Below the pieces are notes generated by a model. It saw nothing but the letters and a program-made list of their open reading frames with translations, did not search any database and had not been told where the DNA came from. Of a DNA stretch of 64,000 nucleotides, positions 28,501 through 38,181 are shown piece after piece. The translations under genes and the position numbers were made by a program. The DNA is from a virus (taxonomy: Duplodnaviria; Caudoviricetes): the IMG/VR virus record IMGVR_UViG_3300028048_000039, positions 1-64,000 of that record; one strand, 5' to 3'. How positions within the stretch are numbered: the first letter of the stretch is position 1; the number at the start of each line of letters is the position of its first letter.

Positions 28501-28779
28501 TTCTTGTTCGATTGTCTTGAGAAGTGGCAGCAATTTGCTAACATTCATAGTAAGGAAGAATTATTTGCTCACGTTAAATATAATATGGAAGTGGGTAAGT
28601 ACCCTAGATATGGTGGGGACAAGAGCATCATAAATAATGAGGTGGCTGTTCGTTGGCAGAGTTCAATAGGCGGTTTCCTTGGTGAGAGAATATGGACCCT
28701 CTGGCTTCAGCATAACTTCCAGCAGGACAAGATTTACAAATTGCCTTACGTCAAGATGGAAGAAGGGATGTATACCTAG
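25546..28779 (+). CDS. Multidomain glycosyltransferase (GT2-like / GT-A-like / GT2-like / DUF4422)
   Basis: Two YxRE(W/Y)VEWY...(F/Y)DNND...YDW domains, a central DDNKLGWGIND domain, and C-terminal PLQVGA...DNTGDNISDKN..Y.E...QYRR...GERIW; TTGACT-N17-TATATT at 25498-25526. Confidence 0.85.
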   Translation: MRTLVCAIAKLENLYIREWVEWYKDKGFTNVCLFDNNDIDGERFEEVIGDYIESGFVFLKDFRGKERMQKQAYQMCYDEYGKDYDWIGFFDIDEFFDTDKKNVSEFLSQPKFNGFGSIRLCWKNYTDNGLLRVENDNYSIKRFTEPVYFDTICNRHSKIMVRGGQDIKFSQEPGGEHGVGMNCNAVDCHGNVYDNKSFVLKEKIWDDAWLNHYRFKTMEEYCVLKMKRLYPCVDAAEAKRMLRKKDFFEYNEWTPEKDKMYHELMGDESNAVVCCILNYKHDDGAKFWYDRCKTEFKTYIIDTNYLDNGGEWPFDKNDPNILKEHNLYYGGSVLKSYELLKKNNGQWLLTITSDVKCDAGNSQRFGYVIQDIINRKDIGVWDPSAAQGSMCNGSTQIILSNVHQYNHNFGVREVRCGEGWLELVRGDVCDELLPKLNYDDNKLGWGINDAFNRISRKKGLKVVIDDRLIVFHPGGTAYSQQEASKEYERLKLRFAEFGITEPEDKKAEEIKTLICCIGKNENRYVREYVEWYKKIGVTKIRIYDNNDPDGERFEDVIGDYVKDGFVEIVDYRGKKDCQHDAYNICYEEEKNNYDWILFIDCGDEYLSFVHTKTIGEYLAMPQFVNFDIIHINLMTFGDCGKIHYEDKPLAERFPSPIPFDTKIAYDFPENCHVSSIVRGGKEKVIFSKVSGWSHTPSPTTLRCCNDVGITVDGNSPVQNVDFQLAFFRHYTTKTAEEYCDKMRRGFPDQEWDGSRVQNLIETRFFRTNEITKEKVEVFKEKLGIDMSYLLPHVFDGEKNKDVKIYTLCYAKKNFQFLDDEVVTPLQVGAANGTDVCVLKDNTGDNISDKNYFYIENTGTYWIWKNVHDCKYKGQMQYRRPLQGVDGKMDFEDIFSKYDVITCEPFYHPDHKKPTETEKLVIVADTVEQGYAFSNCVDDLYVLEMVIKMFHPDYAEDYDKYIKNGPNLYYSSGYIMRSEDYDRYCEFLFDCLEKWQQFANIHSKEELFAHVKYNMEVGKYPRYGGDKSIINNEVAVRWQSSIGGFLGERIWTLWLQHNFQQDKIYKLPYVKMEEGMYT

Positions 28780-28797
28780 GATATTTTAACTTTTAAA

Positions 28798-28806
28798 ACT
28801 ATTTAT
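28798..28806 (+). promoter_or_regulatory. ACTATTTAT motif
   Basis: Recurrent motif. Confidence 0.6.
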
Positions 28807-28822
28807 ATGAAAAAATAGGATT

Positions 28823-29728
28823 TTGAAGAAAAGAGAGACGATAAACGAGGTATTGTCCTTAATGAGAAGGATGGAAGACACTTCTAATGGTGATACTGGC
28901 TTATTAAGTGAGGTCACCTGCAAGTGGCGTGATGTTAATGGTGCAAATGACTTTTACGATGTTATTTCCTCAATCAAGGAAGGGAATTTCATGACATTTG
29001 GTTACGTTGATGACGCTAAGATTGAAGTTCCAACAAGGAAAATTGGTAATCGTGAATTTTCTGATTATGAAAGATTGGGTGAGAAATTAGGTAAGGCATA
29101 TCAAGTAGTCAACGTCCTAAAAGTTGCAATTTATAATATTCCATGGCAGACATTACCAAAGATAAATAAACAATATAGTGAGTTTGCAAAGAAAAGGAAT
29201 GAATTAGGGGCAAAGTACGATGTTACCTTTGACCCACCAAAGTATAAGACAAAGACAATCCCGTTTGGCTCAGGAATATCTAAATATGATGGGGATAATC
29301 CTGAGATACAAAATCATACATACACCAACCTTAATATGCATAACATCAAACCAATTTCTGTTGGTTATTATCTGGTTACGGCAAGTGGTTATATTGAAAA
29401 GGTCGATGAAAAACTTCTCAAGATACTTCCACCTTCCGGGGTTTCAGCAATTAAAAGGCTTGCAGAGGCAGGTGCAACTGAAGCTGAACTAGCTCCACTA
29501 TTAAATATGGATTATAAGCGTTTCGAACATTCAAAGGTATTATTCGTTTCAGCAACCCCAGAAAATGGCATACCAACATTGGTCATTAATAATAAACTTT
29601 CAGATGAATTGGTTGGTGCTGACAGGATTAAGAAAAAAGACCTCTTAAAGATAGCCAAGGACAGGTATAAGAAATTCTTTAAGAACGCTAATAAGAATGC
29701 AGTGATAAACTTCATGCACGGTGTTTAA
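28823..29728 (+). CDS. Hypothetical protein, possibly head-internal (TTG start)
   Basis: Leader TINEVLSLMRRME...GLLSE with (I/L)-x-E sites; late-type motif upstream. Confidence 0.5.
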   Translation: MKKRETINEVLSLMRRMEDTSNGDTGLLSEVTCKWRDVNGANDFYDVISSIKEGNFMTFGYVDDAKIEVPTRKIGNREFSDYERLGEKLGKAYQVVNVLKVAIYNIPWQTLPKINKQYSEFAKKRNELGAKYDVTFDPPKYKTKTIPFGSGISKYDGDNPEIQNHTYTNLNMHNIKPISVGYYLVTASGYIEKVDEKLLKILPPSGVSAIKRLAEAGATEAELAPLLNMDYKRFEHSKVLFVSATPENGIPTLVINNKLSDELVGADRIKKKDLLKIAKDRYKKFFKNANKNAVINFMHGV

Positions 29729-29736
29729 GAAAAACA

Positions 29737-29765
29737 GGCCACAAGAAATTGTGGCTTTTCTTTTT
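29737..29765 (+). terminator. Intrinsic terminator
   Basis: GCCACAA-GAAA-TTGTGGC + T run. Confidence 0.8.
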
Positions 29766-29783
29766 CATTTTCCTTTCAAATTA

Positions 29784-29845
29784 TTTACATTTACTCCAAA
29801 AATCCTTATATTCTTATTAAGGAAAATGTGTCTATAACTATTTAT
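29784..29845 (+). promoter_or_regulatory. TTTACA-N17-TATATT (29784-29812) plus ACTATTTAT (29837-29845), heading the baseplate operon
   Basis: Both recurrent motifs present. Confidence 0.6.
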
Positions 29846-29862
29846 AAAAAAATATATTTACG

Positions 29863-30255
29863 ATGGCATTAAAGCAGAAATATGGAATAAAGTACCCATT
29901 TTCAAATAACAATGAGGATGAAGTCTTTCTAGACCTTAATGAAAATGAAAATGAGAGCATAAAATCACAGGTTCTCCACGTAATTTTCACCCCAAAGGGT
30001 CAGAAATTGAGGGACCCAGACTTTGGGACAGACCTAGTTAAGTATATATTTGACCAGGGGGATGACACTGGCTTCAGTGACGTTAAAACCGAAATCACAA
30101 GACAAATCTCAAAATATGTTCCTTCAGTAGAGTTTAAAGATGTCACAATTTACCGTGAAGATGAGACAAATGGAAACGGGATTATTGTTATAATTGAATA
30201 TATGGTAAAAAGAGGAAATAAGGCCGAAAACGTAACGGTTTCATTAAAATTATAA
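29863..30255 (+). CDS. Baseplate wedge protein, T4 gp25-like
   Basis: GIKYPF, IFTPKGQKLRDPDFGTDLVKYIFD, KYVPSV. Confidence 0.85.
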   Translation: MALKQKYGIKYPFSNNNEDEVFLDLNENENESIKSQVLHVIFTPKGQKLRDPDFGTDLVKYIFDQGDDTGFSDVKTEITRQISKYVPSVEFKDVTIYREDETNGNGIIVIIEYMVKRGNKAENVTVSLKL

Positions 30256-30261
30256 AAGAAT

Positions 30262-32166
30262 ATGGAAAAAAATATATCATATCTTAACAAAACTTATGCT
30301 GACTTTAAGGATGCACTTGTTGCTTATTCAGAGAAATATTATCCAGACCTCAGCACATCTTATAATGATGCATCTGTCGCATCTTGGTTGATTGACCTTC
30401 TTGCGAGTATCGCAGATAATGAGGCTTATCACATTGATAGGGTTTATCAGGAGACGAACATTGATAGTGCCCACGAGTTAGCATCACTTATGGCTATTGC
30501 CAGGAATAATGGTGTGAAGGTACCAGGCCCTAAGGGTTCAATGGCAGAGATGAAGATGACTTTTGTACTTCCATCAACCAACAATGGCCCAGACTGGTCT
30601 TATGCTCCAATTGTAAAGAGAGGAACAAGGTTTTCGTCAAGCTCACAGCAGTTTGAGTTACTTTCAGATGTAGATTTTAAACTTCAGTTTGACGAAAATG
30701 GTGTAAGTAACAGAACAATCGTTCCAAATGTTAATACAAACGGAATTATTACTGGTTATACCGTTTCAAAGCTTGCGGTAGTTACTGCTGGTGAAACTAA
30801 GGTTTATAGAAAGGTGGTCCATTCAAGTGACATTAAACCATTTATGGAAATCCTTATTCCTGTTGAAAATGTTATGAACATAGAATCCATCGTAGTTGTC
30901 GATGGTACTGATAACTCAATAAGCCCAACTTATGGTGAATTTTATGGGCCTGGCTGTCCTGAGGACGGAGTTACACGTTTCTATGAGGTTAATAACCTAG
31001 CAGAGCCTAGTTCATGGGTTGATAGCCTCGCAGAACCATATACATACGGATATAACAGCATCCCGACATATTGTGTTACTAAGGGAGAGTGGAAACCAGT
31101 AGACCACAAGTTCATTACCGAATATACAGATAGAGGATATCTTAAGATAACATTTGGTGCTGGCGTTAAAGGAGGAAATGTTGAAATTGGAGAAGATGCT
31201 TCTGCATTTGCTAAGTGGCAGATGAGTAAAATTCTTAATAACAAGAACCTCGGACTTCTTCCAAATGCCGAAAGTACAGTTTTCATTCTTTACCGAGTTG
31301 GTGGTGGTAGTGCAAGTAATGTTGCTAAGGGCGCAATAAGACGTGTTTCATACTTGAATGCTGATTTTAGGGGTAGAGACTCGCAGAAGATAGATAATGT
31401 AATGCGTTCAATGACTGCTGAGAATACCACTCCTTCAGTTTCAGGAAAAGACATGCCAACCGAACAGGAATTGAAATACCTTATAAAGTACAACAAGGCA
31501 GCACAGGAGAGGTGTGTTACTGTAAAGGATTATATTGACAGAATACTTATGCTTCCACCGAAGTATGGTACTCCATTTAGAGTTGGTGTTATGGAAGAAA
31601 ATAACAAGATTATGGTTTATCTTCTTGGCCTTAACAATGAAGGTAAGCTTGATAGCTCACTTCCAGTAGCACTTATTAGGAATATTGAAGATTATCTTTC
31701 TGGTTACAGGATGGTAAATGACTATGTTGAGATTAAGGCTGGTAAGATTATAAACATATCGTTTGACGTTGATGTTATTATTGACAAGAACTATAATAAG
31801 AGTGATGTGGTTACAGCAATAATCAACACAATAAGAGATTATATGGACATTACCAAGCACTTAATGGGTGATGACATCTATGTTGGTGACATTGAAAAGG
31901 AAATATCAAAGATTGATGGTGTTATAAACCTTATTGCATTGAGGGTTTATAATGAGAAGGGGCCTGGTTATTCTTCAACTGAGATACCACAGGAAACATA
32001 CACATATTCTGAACAAAAAGAAGATGGCGTTGAAGAGGCTTATGGTGATGATGATACAGTTTTGATAGATACAGACGCAACCGATGGTATAATTTACACC
32101 AACGGCGACTCAATGTTAGAAATAAAGTTTGATGATGATATCAGAGTAAGAGTTAAGGAAAGATAA
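30262..32166 (+). CDS. Baseplate wedge protein, T4 gp6/baseplate-J-like
   Basis: YLNKTY..FK, ETNIDSA, LKITFG.G, YRVGGG...N, AAQERCVTVKDY. Confidence 0.85.
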   Translation: MEKNISYLNKTYADFKDALVAYSEKYYPDLSTSYNDASVASWLIDLLASIADNEAYHIDRVYQETNIDSAHELASLMAIARNNGVKVPGPKGSMAEMKMTFVLPSTNNGPDWSYAPIVKRGTRFSSSSQQFELLSDVDFKLQFDENGVSNRTIVPNVNTNGIITGYTVSKLAVVTAGETKVYRKVVHSSDIKPFMEILIPVENVMNIESIVVVDGTDNSISPTYGEFYGPGCPEDGVTRFYEVNNLAEPSSWVDSLAEPYTYGYNSIPTYCVTKGEWKPVDHKFITEYTDRGYLKITFGAGVKGGNVEIGEDASAFAKWQMSKILNNKNLGLLPNAESTVFILYRVGGGSASNVAKGAIRRVSYLNADFRGRDSQKIDNVMRSMTAENTTPSVSGKDMPTEQELKYLIKYNKAAQERCVTVKDYIDRILMLPPKYGTPFRVGVMEENNKIMVYLLGLNNEGKLDSSLPVALIRNIEDYLSGYRMVNDYVEIKAGKIINISFDVDVIIDKNYNKSDVVTAIINTIRDYMDITKHLMGDDIYVGDIEKEISKIDGVINLIALRVYNEKGPGYSSTEIPQETYTYSEQKEDGVEEAYGDDDTVLIDTDATDGIIYTNGDSMLEIKFDDDIRVRVKER

Positions 32167-32167
32167 A

Positions 32168-32386
32168 ATGGCTTGCAAATGTAAGGTGGATAGAGACATT
32201 GAAGAACTTTATAAGCATTACAGTTCTTACAATGGGGAAAAGAAGAAACGTCTTTTTGAAAATTTTTCATTGTGGAGAACACTTGTTGTAATAGTTACCT
32301 TACCACTTATGTTGTTGATAATGGGTATTTTATCATTTAAGAAGAAGCCAATTAAAATAAGTAAATTAGTAAAAGCACATAATTAA
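32168..32386 (+). CDS. Small single-TM protein
   Basis: MACKCK start; hydrophobic LVVIVTLPLMLLIMGILSF; translationally coupled to the next gene. Confidence 0.55.
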   Translation: MACKCKVDRDIEELYKHYSSYNGEKKKRLFENFSLWRTLVVIVTLPLMLLIMGILSFKKKPIKISKLVKAHN

Positions 32387-35300
32387 TGTCAGAAACAAAC
32401 AAGTCATATAGGATAAGAACAAATGTTGGGGAGGACGACCAGCTTTATATCAGCACAAACCTGCTTCAGGATTATGACTCATTTGATATACTATCAGTTT
32501 CAATAAGCACAACTGATGTTTATCGTCTCCATAATTCAAAATGCGGTGTAATAGTTGGTAGGGTGCTCGCTAATAATGGCTTCGGTGTTCCAAACGCTAA
32601 AATCAGTGTATTCATTAGTAGTGATGAATTTAGTGAGGACGATTTATATGCTGTTTATCCATTTATGACGACTTCCGATAGGGATAACAACGGTGTGAGA
32701 TATAACCTACTTCCTGATGAAAAGGTTGGAGATTGCCACCAGATTGTTGGAACATTTCCTAATAAGAGATACCTACTCGACAATGATGTTCTCCTTGAGG
32801 TTTTTGACAAATATTATAAATATACTACAAGGACGAACAACTCTGGTGACTACATTCTCGTTGGAATACCTACCGGAAATCATATCTTACACATGGACCT
32901 TGACCTTTCAGACTGTGGAATACTTTCACAGAGACCAAGGGATTTCGTTTATAAGGGTTATACCATCGAACAATTTGAAAATCCTAACATGTTTAAGTCC
33001 GGGACTGAGTATAGTACCCTCAGCCAAGTATTCACACAAGACCAGACTGTTAATGTAAAACCATTCTGGGGTGACGCTAATTCAGGGGAAGAAATAGGTA
33101 TAACAAGGGCTGATATTAATATAGCATTTAAGTTTGAACCAACATGTGTATTCTTAGGGTGTGTGGCAAGTGATAACTCCTCACAGGGAATTGCAAAGAG
33201 TTGTGTTCCTACCCCACACATGGGCGACATGGACGAATTAACCACTGGTGAAGGTAAGATTGAAATGATTAGGAAAACACCAGGTGGTGATACTGAAGAA
33301 TTTCAAATTAAGGGAACACAGTTAATTGACGGTAATGGTATCTGGTGCTATCAGATACCTATGAACCTTGATTATATGATGACCGATGAATACGGCAATA
33401 TGGTTCCTACTGATAATCCTGAGAAAGGCATTCCTACGAGGGCACGTGTTCGTTTCAGACTTTCAATGCAGGATAACGAGCAGAATACCGATAACTACTT
33501 TAGGCCAAAGGTACTCATTCCGCATAATCCACAGAATAATGCGGACTCAGGCCATGAAGATTATGACTATGAGTTTGGTACTATGACAAGGGACGACTCA
33601 TTCAGGGACCTTTTCTGGAATAATGTTTATTCAGTGAAGTCATATATTCCTCGTTTCCAGAAACGTGGTAGTTCAAGAGGTTGGAAAGAAGATAGATTTA
33701 CTGGTATCAAGGGTTGCAACTTCTATGGTTCAAATAACCCTATTCCTTATAATAACATAAGAATTAAGATGCCATTTATGTTTAAGATTATGTGTCTTAT
33801 CGTAAAGGTAATGATACTGGCAATAAGTATAGTGAATACAGTAAAATATTATATTTTTAGGGTATTAGGCAATCTTTCTGAAACTTTATATGGGACAAAG
33901 TTATCATCCCTTCTTGCACCGGTAACAAGCAGATTAACAAAACCCGTAGCTAGAGCAATTATGGATAGGTTAAAGGGCTACCGTTTTAGTGTAATTGAGG
34001 ATGGTTTATGCCCAGACCTCGAAAACTGGTATTTTGCGCCGTTATTGTTAAAAAAAGGAATGGGTGATGATAGTGGGTTGAAATTTTATTATCATTTAAC
34101 GAATAGAAGTGCTAATATTTTATCTCAAACTCTTGAATCAATTTTAAAGAAAGACTATGAGGGTGACACAATAAATAATGCTGCATTGAGAGACGAGAAA
34201 TCAATTGATTATGAAAATCGTGATACGGATGATGAGATACAATGTATAACAATACATACTGATTATCTTCTTGCTTGTATTGAGATGAACCTTGCTATGG
34301 AGTACAAAGTCATAAAGTTCAATTTTTACAATGACTGGATTAATGGCCTTATTTACATTCCAAGATTTATGAGATATATTCGCCCAAAGAAGAAATTCTT
34401 AGGTATCACAGTTGCAAAATCCAAGGTTAGGGGTTGTATGGACGACACCAAGATATTTGCAAAGACAAGGCGTTATACTCAGCAATGTGCAATTGGATAC
34501 GATAAGAATAACCCTATTGAGGTTATTTCAAATGTAAGTATTAATACTAAAGACGACAAGAAAAAAGCTTATAATAAATACCACAAAAAAGGCGGTTTTC
34601 GCCAATATGTCATCTTTGGTAAAAATGGTGGTATATGCCACGAACATACCACATCAAAGAAACAATTTGTCTATTATCTTAAGCCATGTGAATGGGATAA
34701 TAAAACAACTGGTAGTACGAGTTCTTTGATTATTAACAATAAAAAAATAAATCTTTTTGCTACCGATATTATATTACTTGGTTCTCTTAATAGCTGTGAC
34801 CAAAACGGTCTCCCACAGGCATTCAAATATCTTTCAAACTCTTCGTATATAATGCCAAGTAATCTAGCATTAACTAATATGGAGACAAATGGCCCACTCT
34901 ATGCAACAGAAAAAGGCACAATGTGTATGGGTTCCGGTATGACGTGGGGTAGCGATGTTTCTCGTCCAATACCGGTAGATAATATGGATGTAACCACTTA
35001 TGAAGGTTTATCAGACTTAATGCCACCAATAAAAGACCTTGCTGATAACCCAACCAATAGTGCGCTAACCCAAGAGTTATTATATCTAAGCAGTTCTACC
35101 TCTGACAATGATAGAGTTGTGTTTGAATCAGATGAACTTTCTGATTATATACCAATGACTATTGCCGCTGGTATATCATGGAATTATACTGGTCCTGGCC
35201 AAGGGAAAAAGAATGCAGAGAAGTTATATTACCCAGGTGGCCACTTCTTAGGCATTTCATGTAAAAATTCACAGACGAACATTAAGTCTTGCATCAATCT

Positions 35301-38178
35301 TGAAAGAATTTGTGAAGTCGGCTCAACAATGTCAGAAAGAAAAGAAGATGTCATTGGTTGGGGCAGTAATGGGGAACTAATATACGCTTATTCTTCCCCT
35401 ACTGGTTTCATCTCAGGTGAGGAACTTATAAACACTGATTTCAGAACAATGTTCTCTACTATGAATAATGGTAGACTTATTGCTAATAAGATAAATCCTA
35501 ACACTGGTTATAGAATTTACGACTTCAATTATTATAGACCAAGTAACTTTGATGGGGCATTTGAAAAGGTTGCTTCTGAGAACGCCGATGTTTACAACGC
35601 TTCAATGAGTCGCTATACAAGTGACGAAAGTGCTAGCTTGCACCGATACTTTAATATAGCACTTAGTTCTAATTCTGGTAGAACAGACCACGACCCGAAT
35701 GAAGTATTAAAGTCACAGAACAGAACGAGGGAGAGTGCAAACTTAGATTATTACTTATTTAGATTTGGTCTTAACCATTCAAATTATAAGAACGTTCAGG
35801 ATAGAAGTTTCTTATTTAATAAAGATGGCAAATATTACCTTCCACAGTATGAAAATAGTTTCTACTTTTATTTTGGAATGAGAGAGGGTGCTACCGCATT
35901 GGATGAATTTAATAAACAATTCTTCTCTGTGTGTGATAGTACAAGTCTAATTGGTACTGAAGTTAACATGACCCTTGAGCAAGAAATTGACGTATGTAAT
36001 GCGGTGGGGACAATCGTTGTGAATACTGAAAACCTTAAAACCCCTTATGAAAAGATAACACTTACATACTTTGTCAACGGTACCGAAACAGTAAAGGACT
36101 TTACTTCATTGTATAACAATCACGTTCAGTTTAGAATACCAAACCAAGAGTTTAGGGATTATACTGTTTATATTAAGGATGGTAATGGTATTGAATTAAC
36201 TAAGACTATTTCATTGGGTGAAAATCTCATTAGTTGTGAAAGCGAGGTTTATGATTTCAATGTTGAGGGTGATGCTATTCCAAGAATGATTTATAGGGGC
36301 GGTTATATTGAAGTATCCAATGTCAGCATAAATAGGTTTGAAGACGAACTTAACCTATGTAGGCTGATTGTTAAGAATGCTAATGGGACGCAAACCGACT
36401 CAGCAACAATCGAGTTAGATAGTTCAACGGCAAACCAGTTATATGTTGATAACGAGGGCGCACATACATTATATCTACAATATAGATGCGTTGGCAATAG
36501 CAAAATAAATACATTGCCAATTATGGACTTTAGTATCGGCGGCCCTGCAAGTATTGACATTAGGATTGGTGACCCTAACAGAATAAATTATTCGATAAAA
36601 GATAAGATTGGATATAGTGGAGTAACACAATGGTACGAGAATATTGGTAACTCTGCAAGTACTGAAGCGTGGTGTTATAGAATTTCACTCTTTAATGGTG
36701 TAAACAATGCCGAGAAAGTTGCTGGTTCTAGGACACATAGCTGTCGAGTATATGTTGATGGTGGAGAGAAGACTATTTGGGGTTATCCACAAAGCTATGA
36801 TAATGGATACTTTATGACAATGCTTTGTAGAGATAAAGATGTCATCCCTCCTGGTTATGCGTTGGATGATGATGCCCACTATTATTCAACTTATGGTGTG
36901 TCTGGTAATGTAAGGGATTTCTGCGCATTACCACATAATGGTCCATATATTTCCGGTAGAAACTATGGTCTTGTAACTGGTGGTACTATGGAAATTTCTG
37001 ATGCAGATAAGACACATTATAAAGATGGTTATGGTTATTCATACAGGTCAGTAATACCAGATAGCGACCCAGAATATTATGTATTAAATGGTGAGGATTA
37101 TCAGTATGGTTCCGGTTCGACATTAGGACTTTTCTTCCCTACTGTAATTTACCCGGCAATGGAGAGACCATTCTTTGCTGATATGAATTTCTTTGTATGG
37201 CATGATATATCAATCGAAATTGAAACTGAGGGTGAATATGCCAACGCATTCGAAGAAGAAGCTGTTAAGGGAACACACATTGAAGGGGTCGTCCATAATG
37301 GGGTTACTTTTGAAAATAGGTTCGGTACCGATACGAGGTTAGATGATAGACTTACCGTATTGAGAACAACGAAGCCAGACACACAAGGTTTAACCAGAAA
37401 TAGTAGCGTTGATAGGTTGACAATTATCAATGATGACGTTGCAACCGTTGATGTTGAGGGTGGTTCTTATCATATTCAGGAAGGACACCCAGTTGACTCA
37501 AATGCGAGGTTAATGACATCTTACATAGAAGACACTATTGAAGTTGGTTTTTACACTAACTTCTCACATGAGCTTAGAAACGGAAAGGTTATTGTTCGTC
37601 GTTATGGCGATGCTGGTGGTGCTGATGCTACGTATTATCTTTGCTTACAGGGCGGGGATGATGAAATAAAGTTTATCGATAATGATAAACAGTGTATAGG
37701 AGAACGTCATGAATATAAGGATGACCAGGGAAATGTCCATATAGATTATTATGTTTATTGTTTAGACGAATATGGAAATCCTTATGTTGCTAGAATTTGG
37801 CCTACCGATAATCCAGGCATATGGTATGTTACCTATAACGAACAGACAAGCACTATGACAGCAAGTACAATGGTTGTTGATGAAATGTTTTATGATGATT
37901 ATGTTGTTTTGCTCCAGCCATTTGGTCTCCGTCCTAGACGAAAGAGATATATCATAGAACACCCAACAATTAATAATATTGAAGTTACTTGGGAAGAAGC
38001 AATTAATGCCTCAATACAAGAGGAAGTAGTATTAGGAACATGGAGTCAAGGAACAAACTATAATGAAGATGATTTCTTCGTAATAGGTGTATTTGAGCAG
38101 ACACCAACAAATAATCCAGATGGAAAGACTAAGTTATATAAAGTTTATCCATATCTAATATATGGAAACGTACAGTAA
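32386..38178 (+). CDS. Very large baseplate/tail-associated structural protein (1930 aa)
   Basis: Operon position; N-terminal GVIVGRV...PNAKISVF...TNNSGDY beta-sandwich-like motif; internal hydrophobic helix; C-terminal Ig/SprB-like segment. Confidence 0.65.
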   Translation: MSETNKSYRIRTNVGEDDQLYISTNLLQDYDSFDILSVSISTTDVYRLHNSKCGVIVGRVLANNGFGVPNAKISVFISSDEFSEDDLYAVYPFMTTSDRDNNGVRYNLLPDEKVGDCHQIVGTFPNKRYLLDNDVLLEVFDKYYKYTTRTNNSGDYILVGIPTGNHILHMDLDLSDCGILSQRPRDFVYKGYTIEQFENPNMFKSGTEYSTLSQVFTQDQTVNVKPFWGDANSGEEIGITRADINIAFKFEPTCVFLGCVASDNSSQGIAKSCVPTPHMGDMDELTTGEGKIEMIRKTPGGDTEEFQIKGTQLIDGNGIWCYQIPMNLDYMMTDEYGNMVPTDNPEKGIPTRARVRFRLSMQDNEQNTDNYFRPKVLIPHNPQNNADSGHEDYDYEFGTMTRDDSFRDLFWNNVYSVKSYIPRFQKRGSSRGWKEDRFTGIKGCNFYGSNNPIPYNNIRIKMPFMFKIMCLIVKVMILAISIVNTVKYYIFRVLGNLSETLYGTKLSSLLAPVTSRLTKPVARAIMDRLKGYRFSVIEDGLCPDLENWYFAPLLLKKGMGDDSGLKFYYHLTNRSANILSQTLESILKKDYEGDTINNAALRDEKSIDYENRDTDDEIQCITIHTDYLLACIEMNLAMEYKVIKFNFYNDWINGLIYIPRFMRYIRPKKKFLGITVAKSKVRGCMDDTKIFAKTRRYTQQCAIGYDKNNPIEVISNVSINTKDDKKKAYNKYHKKGGFRQYVIFGKNGGICHEHTTSKKQFVYYLKPCEWDNKTTGSTSSLIINNKKINLFATDIILLGSLNSCDQNGLPQAFKYLSNSSYIMPSNLALTNMETNGPLYATEKGTMCMGSGMTWGSDVSRPIPVDNMDVTTYEGLSDLMPPIKDLADNPTNSALTQELLYLSSSTSDNDRVVFESDELSDYIPMTIAAGISWNYTGPGQGKKNAEKLYYPGGHFLGISCKNSQTNIKSCINLERICEVGSTMSERKEDVIGWGSNGELIYAYSSPTGFISGEELINTDFRTMFSTMNNGRLIANKINPNTGYRIYDFNYYRPSNFDGAFEKVASENADVYNASMSRYTSDESASLHRYFNIALSSNSGRTDHDPNEVLKSQNRTRESANLDYYLFRFGLNHSNYKNVQDRSFLFNKDGKYYLPQYENSFYFYFGMREGATALDEFNKQFFSVCDSTSLIGTEVNMTLEQEIDVCNAVGTIVVNTENLKTPYEKITLTYFVNGTETVKDFTSLYNNHVQFRIPNQEFRDYTVYIKDGNGIELTKTISLGENLISCESEVYDFNVEGDAIPRMIYRGGYIEVSNVSINRFEDELNLCRLIVKNANGTQTDSATIELDSSTANQLYVDNEGAHTLYLQYRCVGNSKINTLPIMDFSIGGPASIDIRIGDPNRINYSIKDKIGYSGVTQWYENIGNSASTEAWCYRISLFNGVNNAEKVAGSRTHSCRVYVDGGEKTIWGYPQSYDNGYFMTMLCRDKDVIPPGYALDDDAHYYSTYGVSGNVRDFCALPHNGPYISGRNYGLVTGGTMEISDADKTHYKDGYGYSYRSVIPDSDPEYYVLNGEDYQYGSGSTLGLFFPTVIYPAMERPFFADMNFFVWHDISIEIETEGEYANAFEEEAVKGTHIEGVVHNGVTFENRFGTDTRLDDRLTVLRTTKPDTQGLTRNSSVDRLTIINDDVATVDVEGGSYHIQEGHPVDSNARLMTSYIEDTIEVGFYTNFSHELRNGKVIVRRYGDAGGADATYYLCLQGGDDEIKFIDNDKQCIGERHEYKDDQGNVHIDYYVYCLDEYGNPYVARIWPTDNPGIWYVTYNEQTSTMTASTMVVDEMFYDDYVVLLQPFGLRPRRKRYIIEHPTINNIEVTWEEAINASIQEEVVLGTWSQGTNYNEDDFFVIGVFEQTPTNNPDGKTKLYKVYPYLIYGNVQ

Positions 38179-38181
38179 GCT

